Shown here: positions 29,062-38,112 of the stretch, one piece after another
Layout: the number at the start of each line of letters is the position of its first letter
How positions within the stretch are numbered: the first letter of the stretch is position 1
Assembly (NCBI GenBank): GCA_963744375.1
Contig: CAVUTH010000008.1
Span: forward strand, 6,746-70,745
Direction: 5' to 3'
Length of the DNA stretch: 64,000 bases
From: an uncultured Chloroflexia bacterium
GTDB taxonomy: Bacteria; Chloroflexota; Anaerolineae; Anaerolineales; UBA4823
Notes under the pieces: generated by a model
Told to the model about the DNA's origin: nothing
The model's input: the letters and a program-made list of their open reading frames with translations, nothing else
Databases searched by the model: none
Made by a program: the position numbers and the translations under genes

Positions 29062-30566
29062 TTACTTCCTGATGAGCGGCAAAAAGATCGGTGTGCTGTA
29101 AAGAAACCGCACCGCCGAAGGTTCTACCAGGTTGCCCGTGGCGCTGGCCGGGATATCCACGATGACCCAGTAGGCATAGCGGCTGTTATCCACCGCGCCG
29201 CCCAGGATGGTGCTATCCGAACCGGCCCCGCCGGTGGGAGAGCCGCTGCCGGTGCTGGTGAAGATGGTGGCTAGCTCCTGGTAATTACCCTGGTTCAGCT
29301 CGGTGCGCTGCAGCCGGGCGACACCTGCGATAGCGCTCTTCTCAATCCAGTAAAAGTCCATGCGGTTGATGATGGCCCCATCCGGCAGGTTGACCGGCGC
29401 CAGGTACCAGCCGTTGGCGGTGTTATTGCCCGGACCGTGCTTGTGCTCGATGTGGCGGCCGTGGTTTTCGAAATCGTAGCCGTCCTGGTAAGGCTGGAAG
29501 GCAGCCGCCGGGATCGCCAGCACGTTGTTATAGGGGACCTGCAGACTGTACTCGACGTACACCTCCCTCGCCTCCACCTCCACCGGGTTGCCGGCCGGGA
29601 CGTCGATGACAAGCCAGTAGGTATATAAAACATTGAGCACCTGGGCGTTGGCGATGGACGCAGTGAATGTCGACGCGGTATATGGGCCGCTGCCGGTGCT
29701 TGAGGTGGACGTCGCCATGTGCTCGGTAGTCGTCGTTGGAGAGGAAGGTGCGGTATAAGATAGCGCTAGCAGTCTGGTTGGTATTCATTTTTCGCTGCCA
29801 GTGAAAGCTCAGCCCGGTGACCGCGGCCCCATCCGGCAGGGTTACCGGCGCAAAATACCAGCCGCGCCCGAACAGGTTGGCCGGGCCGCCGAAGGCATCC
29901 ACGTACCAGCCATTATTGTAGTAATCATGCCCGTCGCTGAAGGGCGTGTAGGCCGCCGGCGGGATGGTGACGACACCGGAGGTTGGCGTGGCAGCCGGTT
30001 CGGTGTACTCGATCTGGAAAGCGCAGGCCCAGATCTGTCCGCTGCCGGGGATGCTCATATGGATATAGTAAGTATATGCCAGGTTGTTGATCGGTTCGTT
30101 GATGCTGAAGTGCTGCGGGATGCTGAATGGTAGAACCGAAGCTGGGGGGGAACAGGTCATACGAACTGGGGACGCCGGCTACCAGCTCAAAATTGTTCGT
30201 CCAGCGCAGCGAGCGGTAAAGCGAAGCACTGGTATCCCCCGGCGCACCGGGGTCTTTCCAGAAATAAGTGACTTTGGTGATCAGCGCCCCCTGCGGCAGC
30301 GTTACGGGTGCAAAATAGGTGCCCGGATGGTTCTGCCCGCCCTGGCCGAAGTGGATCAGGTAGCGCCCGTGAATCTGGTAGTTTTGATCATCTGCTGCAG
30401 GCTGGAAGGCCGCCGCCGGGATGGTCAGGTAGCGGGTGCCGCCGCTGGGCAATTCTGGGATGTCGGGTGTGGGGGGCGGTGCAGCCTGTGCGAGGGAAGA
30501 CCGTGGTGCGCCGAGTGAAACGGCCATCAGGAGACAGACAACTAGCGTCAACCATCGAGCTAACAT
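29062..30566 (-). CDS. secreted protein built of three tandem modules of about 165-190 aa, unknown family (2 frameshifts)
   Basis: ORFs 29925..30566 (signal peptide MLARWLTLVVCLLMAVSLGA), 29528..30160 and 29062..29718 each contain IP(A/P)AA(F/Y)xP...G(T/W)YFAPVxLPxGAxI...FxW...LxR and then (Y/W)Y..W..(I/V).(I/V)P. Frame changes fall at a G7 run (30144-30150) and near 29721-29727. Confidence 0.7.
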
Positions 30567-30796
30567 AAGTCCCTCCTGGATCTAAAGGAAGAAAGCCGGT
30601 TATTTTTCGTAATTATACCGCAATTATCGGGATATAATGATTCTCACGTCCTGGGGGGATCACCCTGGACCAGGGACGCAAAGATAAACACTTAACCTGG
30701 TGAGCTTTGCGCCCTGGCGAAGGTCAGCCGGGAAATCAGCTTTGCGTGAGTATATTCTTGAAACTTCCCGTATAATCCTTCCCAGGAGGTAGCTCT

Positions 30797-32146
30797 ATGG
30801 AACTTGCAGCCCAGATCGTCCTGGCAGTAGCCGGATTGGTTATCTTGCTGTTTTCGCTGCTTTTCGCTATCCCAAGCTTTCGCCGGCAGGAAATCCGGGC
30901 CGGGTATATTGGCCTGGCAGGGGCAGCAGCTGGCACGATCTTGCTGGCGGCCGTCTATTTACCGGCCCCTGGCAGGATCATCCTGGCGGGGGCGATTGTG
31001 GCGCTTGGGATTGCCGCCGGGCTGATCCTGGCGCTGCCGGTTGGGAGGGTGGCTCTACAGCCTCAGCGCCCAACCCGGCGGGTGGACGAGCGCACCATCA
31101 TGTTCGCTCGCCACCGCCTGGTGCCGGGCTCGCCCCAGTATGCTAGCTACTACCGGGTGCATCCAGAGCACCAGGAGATCGACGATGCCATCCGGGCTCT
31201 TCCTGGGTTGCTTTCAGCCAAGGCGCCGATGGCTAACCCGCTGGCCTTTGCCGCCACGGATGCGGCTTTCTTCCTGGCGGAATCGCTGCGCGAGGCCGTG
31301 GATGGCCTGCCGGCGCAGGAACCGCACTCGCTTTCTCCGGAATCGGCTACTCGCTATGTCAAACAGCTTGCTCACTATTGGGGCGCCCGCCGCTGCGGAG
31401 TCGCTGAGGTGCGCGATTACCAGGTTTACTCGCACATCGGGCGCGGCGCCGGCGTCTATGGCGAGCCGATCGAGATGGAGCACCGTTACGTGCTGGTCTT
31501 CACCTTTGAGATGGCAGAAGACATGCTTCGCACCGCTCCCCGGGCGCAGGAGACGATGGAAACTGCCCACCAATATAGTGAAGCAGCCCAGGTCGCCGTC
31601 CAGATAGCTGCCTGGATTCGGGCGCTGGGCTACCCGGCCCGGGCGCACATCGACGGCAACTACCGATTGATCCTGCCGCTGGCAGCACGAGATGCCGGTT
31701 TGGGTGAGATTGGGCGAATGGGGCTGCTGATGACCCCCGACCTGGGGCCGCGCGTGCGCCTGAGCGCCGTCAGTACCAATATGCCGCTGATCCCAGATTC
31801 CCCCGGCGATAGCCCGGCCGTGCTGGATTTCTGCAATATCTGCCGCAAGTGCGCTGAAAACTGCCCAAGCAAAGCCATCCCACAGGGCGACCGGCAGGAG
31901 ATCGACGGAGCGCTGCGCTGGAAAATCGACGCCGAAAAATGCTTCCGCTACTGGAACAGCGTTGGCACCGACTGCGGGCGCTGCATGATGGTTTGCCCGT
32001 ACTCGCACGCCTCCGACCCGGCCCACAATGCCATGCGGCAGCTTGTTGCACGCTCTGGTGTGGCGCGGCGCATCGGCTTGCGCCTGGATGACTGGTTGTA
32101 TTCCCGCAAGCCAAAAGTGCGCCCCGGGCCGCGCTGGACCCTGTAA
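30797..32146 (+). CDS. membrane-anchored reductive dehalogenase / QueG-like 2x[4Fe-4S] protein
   Basis: 449-aa ORF with AGGAGG upstream. It has three N-terminal TM helices. The core reads LAARDAGLGEIGRMGLLMTPDLGPRVRLSAVSTNMPL, followed by FCNICRKCAENCPSKAI and CGRCMMVCPYS. Confidence 0.65.
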   Translation: MELAAQIVLAVAGLVILLFSLLFAIPSFRRQEIRAGYIGLAGAAAGTILLAAVYLPAPGRIILAGAIVALGIAAGLILALPVGRVALQPQRPTRRVDERTIMFARHRLVPGSPQYASYYRVHPEHQEIDDAIRALPGLLSAKAPMANPLAFAATDAAFFLAESLREAVDGLPAQEPHSLSPESATRYVKQLAHYWGARRCGVAEVRDYQVYSHIGRGAGVYGEPIEMEHRYVLVFTFEMAEDMLRTAPRAQETMETAHQYSEAAQVAVQIAAWIRALGYPARAHIDGNYRLILPLAARDAGLGEIGRMGLLMTPDLGPRVRLSAVSTNMPLIPDSPGDSPAVLDFCNICRKCAENCPSKAIPQGDRQEIDGALRWKIDAEKCFRYWNSVGTDCGRCMMVCPYSHASDPAHNAMRQLVARSGVARRIGLRLDDWLYSRKPKVRPGPRWTL

Positions 32147-32163
32147 TATGAAGGAGTTTCACT

Positions 32164-33735
32164 TTGCCCGATGTCCCTATCCCCGGAATTTTTGTTGAAG
32201 AAGGCGCACCACCGCCCCCGATTGTTGGGGTGAGCACCAGCACCGCCGGGTTCGCCGGTGCGGCCGAGCGCGGCCCGGAATATGCCTGCCTGGTCACCAG
32301 CTGGGCAGAGTACCAGCGCCTGTATGGCGGGGGCAACCCCAGCCAGTCGTTCCTGGCGGATGCCGTCTATGGCTTTTTCGCCAACGGCGGACGACGCAGC
32401 TATGTCACTCGCGTCGTCCCAGGGGCGGCCAGGGCTGCTTCGGCAGGCCTGGGAGGACTGGTTGTGCGGGCTATCGGCCGCGGCCCGTGGGGGCAGAATA
32501 TCTTCTTCAAGTTCGAGCCTTCCGCGACGCCCGTCGATGGCGAGACCCGCTACAAGATCAGAATCTGGTACTACCGGGCGCCGGTGCCTCGCGGCAACCC
32601 CGACCCCAGCGCACCCGATGCCAGCCCCAACCGCCGAAAACCTGAGGCCTTCGAGCAGTATGACAATCTGACCGGCGAGCAGGGGGCGGAAAACTACCTG
32701 CTTGATGTGATCAATTCACATTCCAACCTGGTGCGGGTGGCCTGGGATGCACGCCGCCGGCCTGCATTACCGGCCAATCCACTGACCGTGCGCCTGAGGC
32801 GAGCCGCCTCGGGCGGCAGCCTGCAGCTGGCCGATTTTGAAGGCGATCTCGACCCGATCGGCGGGTTGGCAGGCGCACCCCTGGGCAGCGGGCGCGGCTT
32901 GAAAGCCCTGGAGGCGATCGATGAAATCGCCCTGCTGTGTGTGCCTGATGAAGTTCATCCGACCCTGGCCGCATTGCGTAGCCCGCTGCGGGCGGCCATC
33001 CTGAACCAGTGCGAGACCCGCCGCGACCGCTTTGCCATCCTGTCGGCGGAGGCAGGTCGCAGCGATATCGACCATCCGCCCCTGCTGCCGCCCGGGGACA
33101 GCGCCTACGCGGCTTTTTATTACCCCTGGATTGAAGTCTTGGATCCGCAATCGCAAAAGAAGCGCCTGGTGCCTCCGACAGGGCACCTGGCTGGAATTTA
33201 CGCCCGCACCGACCTGGAGCGTGGGGTGCACAAGGCGCCGGCCAATGAGGTGGTGCGCGAAGCGCTCAACCTGGAGCTGCCGGTGACCCAGGCAATCCAA
33301 GATGCCTTAAACCCGCGCCAGGTGAACTGCCTGCGCGATTTTCGCCCGGACTCGCGCGGCATCCGGGTGTGGGGGGCGCGCACGATGTCTTCCGACCCAG
33401 AGTGGCGCTATGTGAATATCCGGCGCTTGTTTATCTTTGTGGAAAACTCGATCGCCCGGGGTACCCAGTGGGTGGTGTTTGAGCCCAATGACGAGCCCTT
33501 ATGGGCGCGGGTGCGCCAGAACGTCACGAATTTTCTGGTTGACCTGTGGCGCAGCGGCCTTCTGCTAGGCGCTACCCCGGACCAGGCATTCTTCGTACGC
33601 TGCGACCGCAGCACGATGACTCAGCACGATATCGATCACGGCCGTCTGATCTGCCTGATCGGGCTGGCGGCGGTCAGGCCGGCCGAGTTTGTCATCTTCC
33701 GCATCGGGCAAAAAACCGCCGGCGCCTCGGAATAA
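32164..33735 (+). CDS. contractile tail sheath family protein (phage/eCIS/T6SS-type), solitary
   Basis: 523-aa ORF with a TTG start 7 nt after AAGGAG. N-terminus: PGIFVEE..VGVSTSTAGFAGAAERGP..LVTSWAEYQRLYGG...FFANGGRRSYVTRV. C-terminus: GVHKAPANE...GIRVWGARTMSSDPEWRYVNIRRLFIFVENSI..WVVFEPNDEPLWARV...PAEFVIFRIGQ. Confidence 0.85.
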   Translation: MPDVPIPGIFVEEGAPPPPIVGVSTSTAGFAGAAERGPEYACLVTSWAEYQRLYGGGNPSQSFLADAVYGFFANGGRRSYVTRVVPGAARAASAGLGGLVVRAIGRGPWGQNIFFKFEPSATPVDGETRYKIRIWYYRAPVPRGNPDPSAPDASPNRRKPEAFEQYDNLTGEQGAENYLLDVINSHSNLVRVAWDARRRPALPANPLTVRLRRAASGGSLQLADFEGDLDPIGGLAGAPLGSGRGLKALEAIDEIALLCVPDEVHPTLAALRSPLRAAILNQCETRRDRFAILSAEAGRSDIDHPPLLPPGDSAYAAFYYPWIEVLDPQSQKKRLVPPTGHLAGIYARTDLERGVHKAPANEVVREALNLELPVTQAIQDALNPRQVNCLRDFRPDSRGIRVWGARTMSSDPEWRYVNIRRLFIFVENSIARGTQWVVFEPNDEPLWARVRQNVTNFLVDLWRSGLLLGATPDQAFFVRCDRSTMTQHDIDHGRLICLIGLAAVRPAEFVIFRIGQKTAGASE

Positions 33736-33748
33736 TCCCCTCGAGCGG

Positions 33749-35904
33749 TTATTTCCCGCTGCCGGCTTTTAATACCCCGTGTACCGTGGTGCTGTAGTAT
33801 GCGATGCTGGGATTGAAAGGATCCAGGCTGATATTTTGCACGGTGTGCCCCGCCAGCTCGGCTGAGACCGGCTGCCAGGTAATCCCACCATCGATCGTTG
33901 TGTAAGCGCCGTCCGTCGTTCCCGCCAGGATATGCTGCGAGTTCGGCCGCAGCGATGCTGATCCAGGCGACGGTCTGACCGCTCAGCCCCAAGGGCTGCC
34001 AGCTGCCGCCGATCAGCTGGTACACGCCGTCGTCGGTGCCGGCCAGCGGCGCGCCCGGGTTGGCCGGCGACACTGCCAGGGCATACACATCCCGGTTGGG
34101 GATGGAAGAATTATTCCACGAGCCGCCCCCATTGCTAGAGACTTTCACGACGCCTGACTGGCTGGTGGCGGCGTAGACCGTCTGCGGATCGAGCGGATCT
34201 ACGGCCAGCGCCCAGACCGTCTGCGAGGAAAGCCCGGCGGACTGCCAGTTGAAACCGCCATCGCTGCTGGAAAATGCGCCGCCCGAAGAGCTGCCGATGT
34301 AGGCGATGCTGGGGTTGGAGGGGGCAAAGGCCATCGCCAGCAGCCCGTAATTGCCCGGCACCGCTTCGATCGAGAGCGAGTCCGGCGGGTACGCTTCCTG
34401 GAAGGTGGTGAAGGGCGAGAAGGGGCGCGGGACGCGCAGCGATTGAATGGCATCTTGCTGGCTGTCGGTCGGCAGGTTGCCGCCTACCTGATCCCAGCAC
34501 AGGGCCAGGTTCTGCAGGTCGCAGCGGTACAGGCCGGCGCCTTCGGTGAAGGCGAACAGCACGCTGATTGCCCGGCTGCTGCACCAGCCCATTGACCCAT
34601 TCGCTGCCAATATTGTTGCTGAAATCGCTCCAGGTCAGGCCGCCGTCGCTGGAAACCTGCACCCCGCCGCCATCCACGCCGGCATACAGTTCCGACGGGT
34701 TGAGCGGCGAGACGACCACTCCGGTGGCGGAGGACGCCTGCAGCCCGTCCATGCTGGGCGACCAGCTGCTCCCGCTATCCCGGCTGGCGTACAGCCCCAG
34801 CCCGGCCGTCCCGGCGAAGACCAGGGCGCTGTTCCCCGGGTGCACCCGCACGGTGGATACCGGCCGGTTGGATAGGGCCGCGTTGGACCAGGAATTGCCG
34901 CCGCTGCTGGTGCTCATCACGCCTTTGTTGTAGGTCGCCAGGTACACCTTCTGCGGGTTCGCATAGTCGATGTCCAGCCCGTAAATGTTCGCCCCGCTGA
35001 TGCCGCTGCTCTTCTGCGTCCAGGAGCCGCCCAGGTTGGTGGTTTTGAAGGCGCCTTCACCGGTCCACACCCCGGTGTAGGCCGTGCCGGCGCTGGCGCT
35101 GGTAGGGCCGATGCCGATCCCCCGGGTGGTGAAGCGGGTGATGCCGTTATTGGCCGCCCCCCAGCCGCTCCCGGCGTTGGTGGTCTTATAAATCCCGTGC
35201 TCGTGGGTGGCGGCCATCAGCGTGGAGGGCGAGGTCCGGCTGATAGCCAGCATGTAGGTCCAGTCCTGGTAATTCGATCCGCCCAGGTTGGAGAGCACGG
35301 AGTACCAGCTGGCCCCGCCGTCATCGCTGCGGTAGGTGACGCCCGCCCAGGGCTGCCCGCCGTTATTGGACAATCCGCGCGTGGCGGCATACACCCGCTG
35401 CGAAACCTGCGGGTTTACCACCATGGAATACACAATTGCATTGCCCTGGATGCCCTGGTTGGCCTCACTCCAGGTACTCCCCCCGTCGATGGTCTTGTAC
35501 ACGCCGCCGCGGTAAGTGCCGGCGTAAGCAATATCCGGGTTAGAGGGGTCGGCCGCCATCGAGACGACCGTCAGGTTGCCCAACCCCCGGCTGGCCCAGC
35601 GCCAGGTCAGGCCGCCGTCATCGCTGCGGTACACGCCGCCGCCCCACGAGCCGGCATAGACCCGGTTGGCATCCTGCGGCGATGCCGCCACTGCGGCGAT
35701 CAAGCCGCCATCCGGCCCCAGCCAAACCGGTTGGACCGCCTCCACCACGATGGGCAGGTACAGCAGCAGGTTGGAGGCCGCCTGCTCGGCAAGCGCGGGT
35801 TCCGCCGCCGGCGCCGGCTGGGATCCCAAGCGGAACCAGGCTCCCAGCGCCAGCGAGCACAGTGCCAGCATGCATATCCAGGTGACAAGCAGGGTGCGTT
35901 TCAT
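33749..35904 (-). CDS. secreted BNR/Asp-box repeat beta-propeller protein (sialidase/Ycf48-like fold), 2 frameshifts
   Basis: ORF 34135..35904 has a signal peptide and many S(x)DGGxTW units. It continues in ORF 33636..34610 and then in a third frame that ends ...PSIAYYSTTVHGVLKAGSGK* at 33749. Frame changes fall near 34565 and 33950. Confidence 0.75.
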
Positions 35905-36035
35905 CGATGGTGGGGAGGGTGCAAGATGTGTGCCGGGGAGGACAGCCGACCGCGGACCGTTGACCGCGCGGACCGAGGACGGAAGACCGAGGACCGAAAT
36001 TTACCACGACTGGCCAGCGAATGAAGCCATCCCCC

Positions 36036-36155
36036 TTTTCAATTTCAAATTTCCAAATTTCCAAATCCCCAATTCCCCAATTCCCCAATTCCCAATCCCC
36101 AATCCCCGATCCCCAATTCCAAATTCCAAATTCGCAATTCCAAATTCGCATTTCC
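36036..36155. repeat. 120-bp cryptically simple tract of CCMAATTY words
   Basis: TTTCAATTTCAAATTTCCAAATTTCCAAATCCCCAATTCCCCAATTCCCCAATTCCCAATCCCCAATCCCCGATCCCCAATTCCAAATTCCAAATTCGCAATTCCAAATTCGCATTTCC. It lies in the divergent region between starts at 35904 (-) and 36187 (+). Confidence 0.75.
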
Positions 36156-36186
36156 GTGTATAGTTAACCCACAACGGAGGCCTTCT

Positions 36187-36714
36187 ATGATTCACGGCGA
36201 AAAAATTGCCCTGCGCACAATGCGCGATAGCGACCTGGATATCCTGCTCGAAATGCTGGAGGATATCGAATCACGTGGCGAGTACTACCCCCAGGAGATG
36301 CCGTCCCAGGTGGCGATGCGCAAACGCTTCGCGGAGGACGGTTACTGGGGCGATAATTTTGGCCGCCTGCTGATCTGCGAGCCGGATGGCCGCATCGTCG
36401 GGATGGTGCATTTCTTCAAAGAGCCGTCCTACTTCGATGGGCTGGAGCTGGGTTACATCATGCTCGATCCCGCGGCACGCGGCAAGGGCTACATGACCGA
36501 AGCCGTGAGTCTGTTAGTGCGCTACCTGTTCCGGGTGTTCAAGATCAACCGCCTGCAGATCCTGGCGACACCGGAGAACATCCCCTCCTGGCGCGTGGCT
36601 GAAAAATGCGGCTTTACCTACGAAGGCACCGCCCGCCAGGCGATCTTCAATGCCGGGAAGATGTACGACCTGAAGGTCTATTCCTTGCTGAGAGCAGAAG
36701 CCAACCTGGATTAG
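36187..36714 (+). CDS. GNAT family N-acetyltransferase (RimJ/RimL-like)
   Basis: 175-aa ORF with the acetyl-CoA motif ARGKGYMTEAV and C-terminal NIPSWRVAEKCGFTYEG. Confidence 0.85.
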   Translation: MIHGEKIALRTMRDSDLDILLEMLEDIESRGEYYPQEMPSQVAMRKRFAEDGYWGDNFGRLLICEPDGRIVGMVHFFKEPSYFDGLELGYIMLDPAARGKGYMTEAVSLLVRYLFRVFKINRLQILATPENIPSWRVAEKCGFTYEGTARQAIFNAGKMYDLKVYSLLRAEANLD

Positions 36715-36728
36715 GTTGCAAGAAATTC

Positions 36729-37064
36729 TTACTCGTAATTTTCTTTTCCTTCAGCCAGCATGCGCGGGCGGACTTCACGCGCCAGGCGATTGCCGAGCAG
36801 ATCGGCGGCGACATCCAGGTCGTAATCCGTCTGCAAGCCCATCCAGAACTGGGGTGAATTGCCGAAGTAGCGTGCCAGGCGCAGGGCGGTATCGGCGGTG
36901 ATACTGCGCTTGCCCAGCACGATCTCATTGATGCGGCGCGGGTGCACACCGATCTCCAGGGAAAGGCGGTTCTGGCTCAATCCCATCGGTCGCAGGAATT
37001 CTTCCAGCAGGACTTCACCGGGATGGATGGGATGTAAGGTCGCTTTATTCAAGGAATTGATCAC
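36729..37064 (-). CDS. higA: HigA-family XRE-type antitoxin (no adjacent HigB)
   Basis: 111-aa ORF with a GTG start. IHPGEVLLEEFLRPMGLSQNRLSLEIGVHPRRINEIVLGKRSITADTALRLARYFGNSPQFWMGLQTDYDL is a textbook HigA/VapI sequence. Confidence 0.85.
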   Translation of the reverse strand: MINSLNKATLHPIHPGEVLLEEFLRPMGLSQNRLSLEIGVHPRRINEIVLGKRSITADTALRLARYFGNSPQFWMGLQTDYDLDVAADLLGNRLAREVRPRMLAEGKENYE

Positions 37065-37074
37065 AGGTTGATTA

Positions 37075-37107
37075 TATAACGCGTAGCGCTAAACGTCTAG
37101 CGTTATA
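37075..37107. promoter_or_regulatory. inverted repeat upstream of higA (candidate operator)
   Basis: TATAACGC-N17-GCGTTATA lies 11-43 nt upstream of the GTG start. Confidence 0.4.
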
Positions 37108-37115
37108 AGCAACAA

Positions 37116-38112
37116 TTAAGGCTTTGTCTTGATCTTTCCAGCAATAATATCCTCTTTGATCCGCTCCAGGTCGGCCTTCACCTGGTCGGAGATCAGCCAA
37201 TCCAGTTCGTAGAAGGGCGAGATGCCGACTTCGCCGCTGGCCAGCGTGCCGGTATGAATGCCGCCGGAAAAGCTGCCGTTGGCGATGGCCTGGGCTGCCT
37301 GGGTCACACTGGCAGCGTAGCGCTTTTCGATGCTGGTCAGGATGACCTCCCTCAGATCGGGTGAGCTCAGCGCCCAATCATTATCCACGCCGATCATCCA
37401 GGCGCTCGCCGTGTTCCAGGATTTCTGCCCCGGCGCCCCAGCCGATGCTCTCTCCGGCCACCGGCAGGATGATATCCGCGCCTTGCTCCAGCAGCTGCCG
37501 CGCCAGCGCCCTGCCTTCCGTAGTGCAGCAAAAACCACCGGCGAATAATCCGCTGTGTTTGGCCGGGTCCCAGCCGAGCACCTGGATATCTGTGCCATGC
37601 TTCTGGTTGTAATAGCTCACTCCCAGGGCGAAACCGTCCATAAAGCCGGTCACCTGCGGGATATCGACCCCGCCAAAGACGCCCACCTTGCCTGTTTTGG
37701 TCGCCGAGGTGGCCGCGTAACCGGCCAGGAAGGCTGCCTGATCGGTGGCATACACCTGAGTCCACAGGTTATCCGGCTGGTCCTCCAGCACAAAATCGGT
37801 GACCATGAACTTTTGCAGCGGGTTAGCCAGAGCTGCTTTACCAACCGCTTCCACAGCGACCCTGGCGCGACAACCACATGACAGCCGCTGTCCATGAGAG
37901 CATTGATGTTCCCCTCGAAATCGGAAGCTGCCGGCGAACTCCAGCACAGTGGCTTCCCAGCCATGCTGGCCGGCCGCCTGCTGTACTCCTTCATATATAA
38001 ACTGATTGAAGTAAGAATTGTTCAGGCCGCCGGTGTCCGTCACCTGGCAGATGCGGCCCTGCTCCACGATCGGCAGTGCAGTCGGCTCGGCGGGAGGCGC
38101 CGGCGGGATGCA
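37116..38112 (-). pseudogene. BMP-family (Med/PnrA-like nucleoside-binding) domain, at least 3 frameshifts, no own start or signal peptide; possibly the C-terminal domain of the upstream WD40 gene
   Basis: Pieces in ORFs 37381..38067, 37650..37994 and 37116..37598: ICQVTDTGGLNNSYFNQFIYEGVQQAA.., DFEGNINALMDSGCHVVVA.., TKTGKVGVFGGVDIPQVTGFMDGFALGV..., GADIILPVAGESIGWGA.., MIGVDNDW.... This frame opens just after a TAG at 38122-38124. Confidence 0.7.

Noticed and set aside
30742-30776. Sigma-70-type promoter for the RdhA-like/sheath pair (TATAAT at 30771-30776 with TTGAAA at 30758 or TTGCGT at 30742).
   Set aside because: The spacing to either -35 candidate is wrong (7 nt or 23 nt). Promoter consensus in this lineage is also uncertain, so no call is made.
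29062-35904. A complete extracellular contractile injection system, T6SS or prophage around the sheath gene.
   Set aside because: The neighbouring genes are a repeat protein, an Fe-S membrane protein and a BNR propeller. No tube, baseplate, spike, tape measure, terminase, portal or integrase is detectable in any frame within the window.
36001-36195. ORFs translating to GIGNWGIGELGIWKFGNLK-type peptides (36001..36195 -, 35618..36151 -, 35666..36163 +), and a possible CRISPR-like array in the same tract.
   Set aside because: The sequence is a degenerate 7-9 nt word repeat with no unique spacers and no 25-40 nt repeat unit. The peptides are just its translation. It is not a CRISPR array and not a credible protein.
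36187-37064. GNAT plus HigA as a GNAT-toxin/antitoxin pair.
   Set aside because: The genes are convergent, not co-transcribed. The GNAT looks like a RimJ/RimL-type acetyltransferase, and HigA normally pairs with HigB. This is more likely coincidental adjacency with an orphan antitoxin.
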